A stretch of 64,000 nucleotides of DNA. Origin: Terriglobia bacterium (GTDB taxonomy: Bacteria > Acidobacteriota > Polarisedimenticolia > Polarisedimenticolales > JAIQFR01). Shown piece after piece: positions 21,056 through 32,306 of this stretch. The stretch covers positions 32,001 through 96,000 of the forward strand of contig CAVVHE010000005.1 in NCBI GenBank assembly GCA_963748015.1. The letters run 5' to 3'. Position 1 is the stretch's first letter; each line of letters opens with the position of its first letter. Under the pieces are notes generated by a model. That model had not been told where the DNA came from. It saw only the letters and a list, made by a program, of their open reading frames with translations, and ran no database searches. The translations under genes were made by a program, and so were the position numbers.

Positions 21056-24000
21056 CAATGTCCTCCTTTTTCTGCGATAGGCTTGGCGGACGTGGGCACC
21101 GGCGCTTTCTTGCCGCCGCGCTCGACGATCTTCTGCACGAACACATAGCAGACCGGGATGATGAACAACCCCACCGCGGTGGAGATGCCCATGCCGTACA
21201 CCACGCCGGTGCCCATGGTCGCACGCGAGGCGGCGCCGGACCCCGTGGCCAGCATCAGCGGCACGCAACCCAGGATGAACGCGAACGACGTCATGAGAAT
21301 CGGGCGCAGACGGAGCTTCGATCCCTGGACGGCGGCATCGAGAATGTCCACGCCCTCCTCGCGTTTCATCTTGGCGAACTCGACGATGAGAATGGCGTTC
21401 TTGGCGGCCAGTCCGATCAGCATGACCAGTCCGATCTGGGCATAGACGTTGAGGTCGAAGTGTCGCATCAGCATGCCGATCATCGTGCCCAGGATGACCG
21501 TGGGGGTGGCGAGCAGGACGGCGAAGGGCAGGCCCCAGCTCTCGTATTGGGCCGCCAGCAGCAGGAAGACGAACAGCACCGCCATGCCGAAGATGATCGG
21601 CGCCTGGCCTTCGGATTTCTTTTCCTGGAGTGTGAGGCCCGACCATTCGTAGCCGACCTCGCTGGGCATTGTTTTCATGACCTCCTCGATGGCTTTCATC
21701 GCCTGCCCGGAGCTGTAGCCGGGCGCCGGCGCGCCGATGATCTCCGCGGCGTTGTAGAGGTTGAAGCGCGTGACCAGGTTGGGTCCGGACATCTTGCTGA
21801 TTTTTACCAGCGTGCTCAGTGGCACCATCCCCCCGCTGCTGTTGCGGACGTAGAACTGGCCGATGTCCTCCGGCTGGTCGGTGAATTGCGATTCGGCCTG
21901 GAGAAACACCTTGTACACGCGGCCGAAGCGGACGAAGTCGTTCACGTAAAGGCCGCTCAGGTAGGTTTGCAGCGTGGCGAACACGCTGTCCACCGTCACG
22001 CCCAGGGTGCGGGCCTTCTCGCGATCGAGCTCGACCTTCACCTGCGGCGTCGCCGGATTGAACGTCGTGCTGACCCGGGCGATCTCCGGACGCTTGGCCA
22101 CGGCCGCCTGGAGCTGCTGGACGTAGCCGGCCAGTTGCTCGATGGTGCCGCCGGAGCGGTCCTGCAACTGGAGGGTGAAGCCGGACACGTTGCCGTAGCC
22201 GGGCAGGGGTGGCGGGCCGAAGGCGAAGGCGCGCGCGCCGGGGATGCCATAAAACTTCTTGTTCCACTCGCGCACGAGGGCGCTGGAGTGCAACTCGGGT
22301 GTGGTGCGTTCCTCCCAGTCTTCCAGGCCCACGAACATCATCGCGGCGTTGGGCACGTTCAACGAGTTGAGGATGTTCATGCCGGCCAGGCCGACCGCGG
22401 ACCGCACGCCATGCGTGTTGCACACGATCTCCTCCACCTGCTTGAGCACTTCGTCACTGCGCTGGAGCGACGCGCCCTCGGGCAGCTCGACGGCCACAAA
22501 GAGATAGCCTTTGTCCTCGTCGGGAATGAACCCGCCCGGCACGAACCGGCCCACGAGCAGAATCCCACCCACCACCGCGACCAGCAGCAGCATGGAGCGC
22601 GTGGCCTTCCGGGCCAGGCCGCCCACGATGCTCCCGTAGTGGGTGCTCAACCAGTCGAAGAACCGGTTGAACAGTTTGAAGAAGGCGGCGATCGGGCCGC
22701 GCCCGGGCGTGGGTTTCTTGAGCATCAACGCGCACAACGCCGGGCTGAGCGTCAGCGCGTTGATCACCGAGAACACCACCGCCACGGCGATGGTGAGGGC
22801 AAACTGGCTGTAGAGCTGGCCGGTCACACCGCCCATGAACGCCACCGGCACGAACACGGCGCAGAGCACCAACCCGATGGCCACCACCGGGCCGGACACT
22901 TCCTTCATCGCCAGCCGGGTCGCCTCCACCGGTTCCTTGCCGTGCTCGAGGTGATGTTGCACGGCCTCGACCACCACGATGGCGTCGTCCACCACGATGC
23001 CGATGGCCAACACCAGGCCGAACATCGTCAGCACATTCACGCTGAAGCCCAGCACCGGGAACATGATGAACGCGCCCAGCAGCGAGACGGGCACCGTGCA
23101 CATGGGAATGACGGTGGCCCGGAAGCTTTGCAAGAAGATATAGACGACGAGCAGGACCAGAATCACGGCCTCCTCCAGCGTCTTGACGATCTCGTGCATC
23201 GACGCCTTGATTGGCAGGGTGGAATCGAGGGTGACATCGTAGGCCATGTCCGGCGGGAACTTGGCTTGGGCCTCATCGAGAATCTTTCTCACGTTGGCCG
23301 CCGTGTCGATGGCGTTGGCGCCCGGTGCGAGGTAGATGCCAATGGCGCCGGCCGCGGACCGGTTCAAGCGCGCCCGCAGGTCGTAGGTTTGCGCCCCGAG
23401 TTCCACGCGCGCCACGTCCTTGACCTTCACCTGGGATCCATCCGGGTTGGAGCGGATGATGATCTCCTCGAACTCCTTGGGATCCTTGAGCAGGCCGAGG
23501 GCGCGGACGTTGAACTGGTTTTCCTGACCGGGCGGCGCGGGCTCGGCCCCGATGCGGCCCGCGGGAGCCTGGGCGTTCTGCTCCTTGATGGCGTTCTGGA
23601 TATCGGTGGGGGTGATTCCCAGGGAGGCGAGCTTGTCCGGCCGCAGCCAGACGCGCATCGAGTAATCCTGCGCGGTAAAATTCTTCACGTCGCCCACGCC
23701 GCGCACGCGCTTGATGGCGTCCACCAGGTTGATGTCGCAGTAATTGCCCAGGAACACGGCGTCGTAGGTGCCCTTGGGGGAATTGAGCGCGATCACCATG
23801 AGGATGTCCGGGCTGGAGCGGTTGACGACCACGCCCTCCTGCTTGACCGCGGCGGGCAACTGCGCCTCGGCCTGGCTGACGCGGTTCTGCGTGTTGACCT
23901 GCATGATGTCCACGTCCGTGCCGACGTCGAAATACACGTTCAGCGTCAGCTTGCCGTCATTGGCGTTGAAGGACTGCATGTAGAGCAGCTTGTCCACGCC

Positions 24001-24210
24001 GTTGACCTTGGACTCGATGGGCGTGGCCACGGATTCCATGACCGCCTCGGCCGCCGCGCCGCGATAGGTCGTGGTGACCTGGATCATCGTCGGGCTGACC
24101 GGCGGATACTCGGCGATGGGCAGGCGTCCGAGGGTGATCACTCCGACGATGACCGTCAGGATGGCGATGACCATCGCCACGATGGGACGGCGGATGAAGA
24201 AGTCAGCCAT
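21055..24210 (-). CDS. RND efflux permease (HAE1/AcrB family)
   Basis: [53 protein letters not shown]; about 1051 aa. Confidence 0.95.
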
Positions 24211-25483
24211 ACGGGTTATTCCTTGCCGTGCTTGGACGCGCCGTGCCCGGCTGGGCTTGGCCTCCGCCTGTTGGGCCGCTTGAGCCGCGGCGGCTTCGGC
24301 CACCTGCTCGGGGGTCCTGGGCTTGCACCGGTTCGCCGTCTCTGGCCTTTTGCACGCCCTCGACGATGAGGCGTTCGCCCACCTCCAGCCCCGTGAGAAT
24401 GATGACATCACTGCCGATCTGCGGGCCAACCTCGACCCGGCGCTGCGCCGCCTTGTCGCCCTCACCCACCACCCAGACAAAGTTCTTGCCCTGCAACTCC
24501 TGCAGCGCCCGCTGCGGCACCAGGATGCTCGCCTTGTCGGTCTTCAGGTCGATCCGCGCCCGCGCGAACATCCCGGGGCGGAGCACATAATTGTTGTTTC
24601 CGTGACCATCGAAAAATTTCGTGTTCGGGAACTCCGCCCGCGCCCGGATGGTGCCGGTGGTCACGTCCACCGCGCGATCGACGAACACCCACTTGCCCTT
24701 GTCCGGATGTTCCTTGCCATCCGCCCGAATCAACGTCACGGACAGGTCGCCGATCTGGCGTCCCGTCTGTTTCACCTTCTCCTGAGCTTGCAGGTAGTCC
24801 ACCTCGCTGATGTTGCAGTAAAACCAGATCGGATCCATGGTCGAAATCGTGGCCAGCAAGGTTGGCTCGCCTTTGCCGACCAGACTCCCCACCGACACCT
24901 GCTTGGCGCCAATGAGTCCGGACACCGGCGCCCTTACGTCGCAATAGCTGAGATCCAGTTTGGCGGATTCGACCCGGGCTTCGGCGGATTGGACGCTGGC
25001 CTGGCCGACGGCCACGGAGGCCACCGCGTTATCGAGGTCCTGCTGTGGGATGGCCATGGCCCGGGCCAGAGGCGTGAGCCGGTTCGTGTCCGCCCGGTAC
25101 TTGGCCAAGGCGGCTTGGGCCTCGGCGAGCATGCCGTTGGCCGCGGCCAACTGTTCGAGGAAGGGCTTCTTGTCGAGCTGGAACAGCGGATCCCCCTCGT
25201 TCACCTCGGTGCCTTCGGTGAACAGCACCTTGTCCACGAAAGCCTCGACGCGCGCCCGCACCTCGACGTTTTGCGGCGAATCCAACTGGCCGATGAACTC
25301 GGCGGTCAGCACCGCGTTGGTCGCCGTGACCGTGAGCACGGTGACCGTCGGTGGCGGCGGAGCCGACGGCGCGGCCTTCTTGCAACCGGACGTGCACAGG
25401 GTCAGCGCCGCCAGCAGCAGAGCCGGACTGGTGAATACGCCCGCGTTCCGCAGGTGTGCTCGGTGATTTCGCATGGTGTTCAT
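24203..25483 (-). CDS. RND periplasmic adaptor (membrane fusion protein) lipoprotein
   Basis: Lipobox [43 protein letters not shown]. Start approximate, probable indel at the extreme C-terminus. Confidence 0.9.
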   Translation of the reverse strand: MNTMRNHRAHLRNAGVFTSPALLLAALTLCTSGCKKAAPSAPPPPTVTVLTVTATNAVLTAEFIGQLDSPQNVEVRARVEAFVDKVLFTEGTEVNEGDPLFQLDKKPFLEQLAAANGMLAEAQAALAKYRADTNRLTPLARAMAIPQQDLDNAVASVAVGQASVQSAEARVESAKLDLSYCDVRAPVSGLIGAKQVSVGSLVGKGEPTLLATISTMDPIWFYCNISEVDYLQAQEKVKQTGRQIGDLSVTLIRADGKEHPDKGKWVFVDRAVDVTTGTIRARAEFPNTKFFDGHGNNNYVLRPGMFARARIDLKTDKASILVPQRALQELQGKNFVWVVGEGDKAAQRRVEVGPQIGSDVIILTGLEVGERLIVEGVQKARDGEPVQAQDPRAGGRSRRGSSGPTGGGQAQPGTARPSTARNNPYG

Positions 25484-25649
25484 ACAGGAGGAGAGCGGCC
25501 TTGGGTTCATGACAGTCGTCGAAGGGGCGGGCGCGTCGTTGTCAGAGTCATGGTTCTGGATGGGCATGGTCAACGGGTCGTCCAAAGGCATAACCGCCGC
25601 GCAGCCCCTGGCGGCGGTGGCACCATTAGGGTCCTTCGCCGTCGGAACC

Positions 25650-25715
25650 TCAAGTCCAATTCCAAGGCGTGCTTGGATCGCGCGCTTCTTGCAGGCGCTG
25701 TTGTTCGCTGTTCAT
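25650..25715 (-). pseudogene. Possible N-terminal relic of an MGH1-like (GH63) glucosidase
   Basis: GAAAGGA RBS then MNSEQQRLQEARDPSTPWNWT*, recalling the family start E..RL.EAR....W..WGPYLSERQWG. Confidence 0.35.
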
Positions 25716-25928
25716 CGCGGTCCTTTCAAGCCTTGTCCCCGAACAACCCGACCGGGTGGTTCGCCGCAGCGTCGTCAGCCGCCCTGTCCGCGCGGGTGTT
25801 GCGCGGGCATGCTTCCTGGGATGCTTTCGCCGCCGTCATGCAATCGTTCGTCCTGCCGACACCCCTTCCCGGTCGCGCGGTTGGGAGGCCGGGCACGACC
25901 GGGAATGAGGGGGTCGCCAGACCGGCTG

Positions 25929-26603
25929 CTATTTCCCGGACTTGCCCTTTTCCTGCTTGGCCGGGGTGATGGTGGCGGCGACGGTGTTCAACTCCGCCAC
26001 CAGTGCGTCCATAGATTCCTGCACTTGCAGGCCCGCTTTGGTGGTTCGGGCAAACAGATCCTTGGCGGCGTCCACTCCGCCGATGGTCAGATCCTGGCCC
26101 AGATACTTCTGCAAGTCCTTGAGATCGGACATCCAAGGTTGGAACTGGGCCTTGAGCGGCTCGGTGTATTTCCGGATGTTTCCGAACGTTTCCTGCAGCT
26201 TGACCTTGCGCTGCTCCGCCAGTGCCCGGATCTCGGGGTTGCTGACCTCGGCCAGTTCCTTCTCCCACTGTTTGAAGTAAGTCTGGCCCTTTTCCCGCAT
26301 GGCCTGGGCGCGCTTGCTGATCTTCTCGGCGGCGTCCTCGAGCTTGGCCACATCCTTGGCGTATTGCTCGTAGGCCTTGCGCGGATTGGTGTCGGCGTTG
26401 GCCGCGATGTCACCCAGCGACTTCATGGTGGCGTCGATGGCATTCTTGCCTTTGACGATCTCGTCCCGGAACTCGGCGATGCCCGCTCCGGTCTTGTCGG
26501 CTTGCTTGTAGCCCGAGGCCGCAGTGGCCGAGCCCGTCAACAGGGCGGTGGCCACCAGGACGTTCATGGCGAGTATGAGTGAGTTTGTCTGCTTCAGTTT
26601 CAT
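25929..26603 (-). CDS. Secreted coiled-coil protein, DUF2959-like
   Basis: AAGGA RBS; signal peptide ending LLTGSA; TYFKQWEKEL, FQPWMSDLKDLQKYLGQDLTIGGV. Confidence 0.75.
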   Translation of the reverse strand: MKLKQTNSLILAMNVLVATALLTGSATAASGYKQADKTGAGIAEFRDEIVKGKNAIDATMKSLGDIAANADTNPRKAYEQYAKDVAKLEDAAEKISKRAQAMREKGQTYFKQWEKELAEVSNPEIRALAEQRKVKLQETFGNIRKYTEPLKAQFQPWMSDLKDLQKYLGQDLTIGGVDAAKDLFARTTKAGLQVQESMDALVAELNTVAATITPAKQEKGKSGK

Positions 26604-26635
26604 GAGGTGTTCCTTTGTTTTGTTGGTTGTTCTGT

Positions 26636-27085
26636 TCAATTCCCCCCGGTTTTGCCTGGAGCGGCGGGAGATTCTGCGTCTTCGTGGCCGGGCGGCGCGT
26701 AGCGCCGGCCAGTCAGAACGGCGTCCACAGCGTCCAGCAACTGCGAGGCGAGCGCACGCTTGAAGACGAATCCCGTCGCTCCCGCCTCAAACGCCGTCCG
26801 CAGGACACTCGACTCGTCATGAGTGCTCACGACAATCACGCGCGCCTCCGGGCACCGGGCGAGCAGACGCCGCAGCCAGCCGAAGCTTTCGCCCGGGGCC
26901 AGCGCGAGATCCGCCACCACCACACTGGGATGCAGCCGCAGGGCGCTCTCGATGAGCGACATCTCATCGGCCACCATCACCACCCCTTCGAATTCGCTCT
27001 CCAACAGACGGCGAATCCCTTCGGTGATCCCGTGATGCCGATCGGCCAGCAACACACAGTTGAAGTTGAAGGGTTCAATGCCCAT
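26636..27085 (-). CDS. Single-domain response regulator receiver protein
   Basis: CVLLADRH..VVVADLAL..VIVVSTH..GATGFVFK; no output domain. Confidence 0.8.
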   Translation of the reverse strand: MGIEPFNFNCVLLADRHHGITEGIRRLLESEFEGVVMVADEMSLIESALRLHPSVVVADLALAPGESFGWLRRLLARCPEARVIVVSTHDESSVLRTAFEAGATGFVFKRALASQLLDAVDAVLTGRRYAPPGHEDAESPAAPGKTGGN

Positions 27086-27384
27086 GACTCGATGGACTGG
27101 CATCATACCGCGTTTGCTTTGGCATGGCGCTATTGGGGTCCACTTGCAGGGGCGCCCTGCCAACGCCTTCCCGCTGATCCCGCAGCGGTCACAGACCTCC
27201 GCTAGAGCGCAATGGCCCGCTGAAACTGGTGTTGGTCGCTCCCGTCGCCGCACCGCGGCGGAACGGTGTGCCCAGAGTTAGAGGGATGGCGGGGGCGGTG
27301 TGACCTCGCAAAAATACGGGGTTCGGCGGTGAAAAGTTCCCAGCCGCGCCCGTTGCCGGACGGTGGGTTCCGGGACAGATCGCT

Positions 27385-28027
27385 TCAGATCGCCACGATG
27401 CCGTGCTTGATGGCGAAGTGGACCAGCTCGGCGCTGTGGTGCAGGCCGAGCGTTTCCATCATCTGGTATTTGTGGAACTCCACGGTGCGGGCGGAGATGC
27501 CGAGCGTGCCGGCAATTTCCTTGGCCGACCGGCCCTCGGCCAGCAGTTGGAGGATCTCGCGCTGGCGCGGGGTCAGCGTCGCGACCGGATCGCTGGCCGC
27601 TGGCGGCGGGTCCTGCAGGGCCTGGAACACTTCGCCGGCCAGCGCCGGCGTGAGGTAGGTCTTGCCCGTCCAGCGCCGCCCGCAGGGCCGCGACCAGTTC
27701 GGCCGGGGCGGAGTGTTTCAGCACGAACCCGGCGGCGCCGGCTTCCAGCGCCCGGCGCGCATACGCCACCTCCTGATGCATGGTGAGGAAGACAACCTTC
27801 ACGCGCGGGTTGTCCTTCTTGAGCAGCCCCAGCGCATCCAGCCCGTTCAGGTGCGGCATGGTGATGTCCGCCACGATCACATCGGGGTGCAGTTTCTTCG
27901 CCGCGTCAATCAAGGCGCGCCCGTCCTCCACCACCCCCACCAGATCGAACTCGGGGCTGAGCAGGCTTCGCAAACCCTCGGCCACCATGCGGTGGTCGTC
28001 GGCGAGAAGAACGCGGGGACGAGGCAT
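27385..28027 (-). CDS. NarL/LuxR-family response regulator (1-bp frameshift near 27665)
   Basis: REC RVLLADDH..DVIVADITMP; HTH LTPRQREILQLLAEGRSAKEIA..ISARTVEFHK in the next frame. Confidence 0.9.
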
Positions 28028-28031
28028 AAGG

Positions 28032-28066
28032 AAAGGCTAAAGGCTAAAGGCTAAAGGCTGAAGGCT
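28032..28066. repeat. Heptamer tandem array (AAAGGCT)x4 GAAGGCT
   Basis: Read directly; inverted partner at 28454-28488. Confidence 0.95.
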
Positions 28067-28427
28067 AAGGGTTGGATTTGGCGTTTTTGTCAATGGTTGT
28101 GAAGATGGCAACCAATTGGCGGGTTTCATTCAGCAGATCAGCCATGATCCTTGCGGACACACAGCCACTGTCCACGAGAAGTTCGAGCCAGTATTCGGTT
28201 TCTTCGATCTCCTTGAGGCAGTCGCCGATCTTTGAAATGAACTCGGCTTTCGAGCGACCGCGCGAGGCTTCGCGGTAATTCGCCCCAACGGAGGTCCCCG
28301 AGCGCAAAGCCTGCTTGCCAAGCACTTGGGCAACCGTATCGCTTTTCGGCAGCTTCGAGTACATGCGGATAACTCGCAGCGCGAACTCCTTCGTCCGCGG
28401 TTTCAAATCTCGCCGCTCCTCATTCAT
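28065..28427 (-). CDS. Four-helix-bundle protein (TIGR02436 / 23S rRNA IVP-like family)
   Basis: DLKPRTKEFALRVIR..LGKQALRSGTSVGANYREASRGRSKAEFISK..KEIEETEYWLELL. Confidence 0.92.
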   Translation of the reverse strand: MNEERRDLKPRTKEFALRVIRMYSKLPKSDTVAQVLGKQALRSGTSVGANYREASRGRSKAEFISKIGDCLKEIEETEYWLELLVDSGCVSARIMADLLNETRQLVAIFTTIDKNAKSNP

Positions 28428-28453
28428 AATCTTCAACCTTCTTCCTGCTTCCC

Positions 28454-28488
28454 AGCCTTCAGCCTTCAGCCTTCAGCCTTCAGCCTTT
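28454..28488. repeat. Heptamer tandem array (AGCCTTC)x4 AGCCTTT
   Basis: Read directly; contains the kinase stop codon. Confidence 0.95.
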
Positions 28489-30635
28489 GTTAACGGCACC
28501 CACGCCACGACCGTGGTGCCGTGGCCCGGGGCACTTTCGATGTCCAGTTCGCCCCCGAGCAACCGCACGCGCTCGCGCATGCTGGCCAGGCCCAGGCTGC
28601 GCCGCTCCGACCTCGGGACCGGATCGAAGCCGGTGCCGTTGTCCTGGATGGCCAGTTGCAATCCGCCCTGCATGGGCCGGAGGGTGACCTGCACGGTGGA
28701 GGCGCGGGCATGGCGCGAGACGTTGCGCAACGCTTCCTGCGCCACGCGGAACAACCCGAGGGCGGTGTCCTGAGGCAGCGTGGCCGGCACGTCCTGCACT
28801 TTGACCTCGACCGCCGTGGGTTCCTGCCTCGCGAACCGCTCGCATTCCGCCTTCAAGGCGTCGGCCAGGCCGAGATCATCCACCAGCGAGGGATGCAGCC
28901 GGTAGGCCAGCGCGTGCACATCCTCGCTCAGCCGCACCAAGCCCTCGCGCACCTCGCGCAGCGTTTCGGCCGGAGACGACTCGGGCGTGCCTCGCTCGCA
29001 CTGTCCGACATCCATCGCCAGTCGCGCCAGGCGTTGGGTGATGTCATCGTGCAATTCGCGGCCCAGCCGCGCCCGTTCCTCTTCCTGGGCGCGAAGCAGG
29101 CGTCCGCTCAGGTCTCGCGCGGACTCCTCGACCTGCTTCCGCCCGGTGACGTCCACCGACGCGCCCAGCATTCGAACCCGGCGTCCGTTGCCGTTCGAAT
29201 CCAGACGCCCGCGCGCGGCGATCCAGCGCTGCGTGCCGTCCGGCAGGACCACGCGGTATTCGCCTTTGTATTCGGCCTGCTCCTTCACCGCCCGCTGCAC
29301 GGTGGCGTCCACCGTGGCGCGATCCTCCGGGTGAATCCGCTCCAGCACGCTCTCGTAATGAACGGCCTCGCCGGGTTGAAAGCCCAACATCTGTCGCCAG
29401 TGCTTCGACGCCCAAACCCCGTTGTCATCGAGGTTCCAAACCCAGACGCCGACGTCCCCCGCCGCGACCGCCACGCTCAGTCGTTCCTCGCTCTCCCGTA
29501 GCGCCCGTTCCGCCCGGCGCCGCCTGAGCAGATTTGACAGCAACAGGATGATCAGGACGCCCTCGACCACACAGGTCGAGGTGATGGCGATGATCCGCCA
29601 CCGGTGCTGCTCCCACAACGTCGGCTCGCGGAACTTCACTACGCTGTCTGGGGGCAGTCGGGACTCGCTGATGCCCCAGCGCTGGAGTTCGCGCCCATCG
29701 AAGACCGGCGTTCCCGAGTCGAGCACTTGCGGGGCGATGCTCTCGGGCCTTTCGCCCCGCAGGATGCGGATGGCCGTGCGGGCGCCTTGTGAGCCCACCT
29801 CGGCCTCCTGATAGAGCCGGCCGCCGATGGGGCCGAGCCCCAGTTCGCTTGCAAAAAAACCGAACAGCGGCGCATTGGCGCCCTCGTGCAAGCCTCGCAA
29901 CGCTTCGTTCTTCTCGTAGGGAACCCCGGCCACATCCACCAGGAAGAAGACATGCAGGATGAAGGACTGGGGCGGCAGGTGGGCGCACCGATCGAGCACC
30001 TGTGGCAAAGGCAGTTCGTTCAGCCACGTGAACCCCACGCGGTTGGTGAAACCTTGGAATTCGCGCCGGCACTCATTAACCCAGAAACGCTCCAGCGCCG
30101 AAGCCCCGAACACCACCGCGATGTTGGTCGTCTGGGGCTGCAACTGCAGGATGTCCTCGACCATCCCCGAAAGATCAGCCTGGTGAGCCACCAAGGTTGC
30201 ATTGGTCCGCAGAAACGCGGGAGGCACCGTTCGCGGGTCCGCCGCCACCACCACCACCGGGGTCGCCGGGAAGAGGCGTTCCCGGTGCCGCGCCGCAAAG
30301 CTAACCCCGCCCCCCCCGATGGGGACCACCAGATCCACCGGACGGCTGCGGATCCGGCCTTCCAGGAACATTACGAACGACCCCTCACCGTCAGCTTCCG
30401 CGAACCGCGCCAGGTCCAGAGGCACCTCGTAGATGTCCACCGGTTCCCCCAGCTCCCGCGTCAACGTGGTGCGGAAGGCCGAGATCACGCTGCTGAACGG
30501 TGCCGCCTCCTGCGTGGACGGGTTGAGAATGAGGACCCTTTTGGGGCTGGCAGCCGAAGCGCAGAGCGTGGCCAGGGCCAGGAGCAGGCCAGGCCAGAGC
30601 CTGGCTGGACACGCCGTGGTCAGGTGGACATTCAC
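28473..30635 (-). CDS. Sensor histidine kinase (periplasmic binding-protein-like domain, TM, PAS, HisKA_3, HATPase)
   Basis: EEERARLGRELHDDITQRL, FRVAQEALRNVSRHA, DNGTGF, GLASMRER; PAS IHPEDR..YRVVLPDGTQRWI. Confidence 0.92.
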   Translation of the reverse strand: MNVHLTTACPARLWPGLLLALATLCASAASPKRVLILNPSTQEAAPFSSVISAFRTTLTRELGEPVDIYEVPLDLARFAEADGEGSFVMFLEGRIRSRPVDLVVPIGGGGVSFAARHRERLFPATPVVVVAADPRTVPPAFLRTNATLVAHQADLSGMVEDILQLQPQTTNIAVVFGASALERFWVNECRREFQGFTNRVGFTWLNELPLPQVLDRCAHLPPQSFILHVFFLVDVAGVPYEKNEALRGLHEGANAPLFGFFASELGLGPIGGRLYQEAEVGSQGARTAIRILRGERPESIAPQVLDSGTPVFDGRELQRWGISESRLPPDSVVKFREPTLWEQHRWRIIAITSTCVVEGVLIILLLSNLLRRRRAERALRESEERLSVAVAAGDVGVWVWNLDDNGVWASKHWRQMLGFQPGEAVHYESVLERIHPEDRATVDATVQRAVKEQAEYKGEYRVVLPDGTQRWIAARGRLDSNGNGRRVRMLGASVDVTGRKQVEESARDLSGRLLRAQEEERARLGRELHDDITQRLARLAMDVGQCERGTPESSPAETLREVREGLVRLSEDVHALAYRLHPSLVDDLGLADALKAECERFARQEPTAVEVKVQDVPATLPQDTALGLFRVAQEALRNVSRHARASTVQVTLRPMQGGLQLAIQDNGTGFDPVPRSERRSLGLASMRERVRLLGGELDIESAPGHGTTVVAWVPLTKAEG

Positions 30636-31209
30636 ACGCAGCGACGAAGGCTAGCAAGCCCGGAGCCCGCCCAGCAAGCGGCAAGACCGCATGGCTGTGT
30701 GGGTGGGCCAGATCAGCCGCGACATCGGCCTGCGACTACCAACCCGCGTTCAGTGCCTCCAAGCGCGGCCCAAGCCGGCAGGGCGGCGGCCAATGGATGA
30801 CGGTGCGCTATGACCCGCAACGCGGGAAGGCCATCCTCGACGGCGAACTCCGCTTGGCAGACGCAGCAGGCTTCTTAGACAAACACATCGAAATCGGCCG
30901 ATTTGCCCTGGAAACTTTTCTTTCGGGCCTTGCCGGCGTTTTTCCGCGCCGCCCGCGGCCATGAACTCACGGAACCGGAATTGAAGCAACTCGCGGACGA
31001 CATCCGCAAGCTGCACATCCGCGACCCCCCCCTGAACCATCATTGCCGACATGGAGCAGGTCTGGGGGCGAATCAAGAAAGCGGCTGTTCGTCTGGATCG
31101 GGATGGCATTTGGCCGGCGGCTTGACGGTGCGGCTGCGGATACTGCGCGCTGGGCCGCAGTTGCAGGCAAACACCCCTGGCGCGGACGGAAATGTCCGGG
31201 AGCAAGGGG

Positions 31210-32049
31210 TCAGGGCGCTCCGGGAGGTTTGGGCGGCCGAGACCGGAAATAGTAGGTGGTCACAAAATTGAGCTGGAATTCCTTGTCGCCGCCATCGAAC
31301 GGCTTCTTGAACGAGAGTGAGAAGCCCAAGGGCAGCCGCACCAGTTGTTTGGCCAGGACGAACTTGGCCGAGTGGGTCCAGTGATCGTTGTTCTCGAAGT
31401 CCACTTTGGCTTCGTAGCGGGCGGACACCGACCAGTGCTGTGGCAGGAGGTAAGTCGCAGGAAAGTAGATCTCCATGAATTGCTGCGGGTTGACGCCATC
31501 CTCTTCCGCGATGGACTGGTTGTATTCCACGGAGGGGCTCAACGTGAGCTGCCGGGTGACATCCCACGCCACCGTTCCCAGCAGTTGGGGCTGCCAAACG
31601 TTGTCGCCGAGGTCGTCGTCGGTCGCGGAGGGGAAGCGCATCTCGAGTCCGAGGGCGGTTCGCCACGTCTCGCCCAGTCGGAAGGCCGTGCCCGTCCCCA
31701 GTTTGATGTCGCCCAACCCCTGCTGGTCCGAATCCGCGGGGTCATCGCCGGCGACGTGGAACTCGAAGGGCACCTTGAGTCGCACCGCCCAGTCCTGGTG
31801 GTCCGAGACCCGCCACGCCCAGAGTGTGCCCAGTGTTTCTTCAATGTCCTGGCTGCCCCCCTCGTAACTGTTCCATTCCGTGTCGGACCACACGCGGCGT
31901 TTCAGAATCGTCGGGTCTTCCTGTGACTTCAGCTCCTCGGCGATGGCCTGCTGTTCGTCGGGCGCCGCGGGGGGGTCGGCGGCAACCAGGGCGGGAGTCA
32001 GCCAAGCGGCCGCCGTGGCAGCGCCTATCAGGAGCAGGGTGCGGTTCAT
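31210..32049 (-). CDS. Putative outer-membrane beta-barrel protein (MetA-pathway/transporter-like)
   Basis: Signal peptide; GLGDIKLG and FPSATDDDLG motifs; amphipathic strands; YYF near the C-terminus. Confidence 0.6.
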   Translation of the reverse strand: MNRTLLLIGAATAAAWLTPALVAADPPAAPDEQQAIAEELKSQEDPTILKRRVWSDTEWNSYEGGSQDIEETLGTLWAWRVSDHQDWAVRLKVPFEFHVAGDDPADSDQQGLGDIKLGTGTAFRLGETWRTALGLEMRFPSATDDDLGDNVWQPQLLGTVAWDVTRQLTLSPSVEYNQSIAEEDGVNPQQFMEIYFPATYLLPQHWSVSARYEAKVDFENNDHWTHSAKFVLAKQLVRLPLGFSLSFKKPFDGGDKEFQLNFVTTYYFRSRPPKPPGAP

Positions 32050-32234
32050 TCGGGGTTATGTTGGCTGCCTGGCGACCATGGGCCTTAGCAGCAGGGCGAC
32101 CGAGCCTAGATCCACAGCCGGAAGCTGGCAAGATCCAGCCGAACCGATGCACCCCTGTGCTCAGTTTCTTGCAGGTGTGGGAGGACGGTGGGGTTCTAAC
32201 CCTCACCCCCTACCCGATGCGCCCGGCGGTGTGC

Positions 32235-32275
32235 AAAGAAGAAGCCCCACGGGCGAATTTCCACCTGCGGGGCTT
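32235..32275 (-). terminator. Probable intrinsic terminator after pckG
   Basis: Imperfect stem aagccccgcagg/ccgtggggctt followed by cttcttt on the minus strand. Confidence 0.45.
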
Positions 32276-32306
32276 GATCGGTTTATGAATTCGCGGCGGG
32301 GAGGCT

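Noticed and set aside
28032..28488. CRISPR array or DGR interpretation of the repeats and the Avd-like gene
   Set aside because: Units are 7-bp tandem repeats with no spacers; no cas gene, reverse transcriptase or TR/VR pair is visible in the window.
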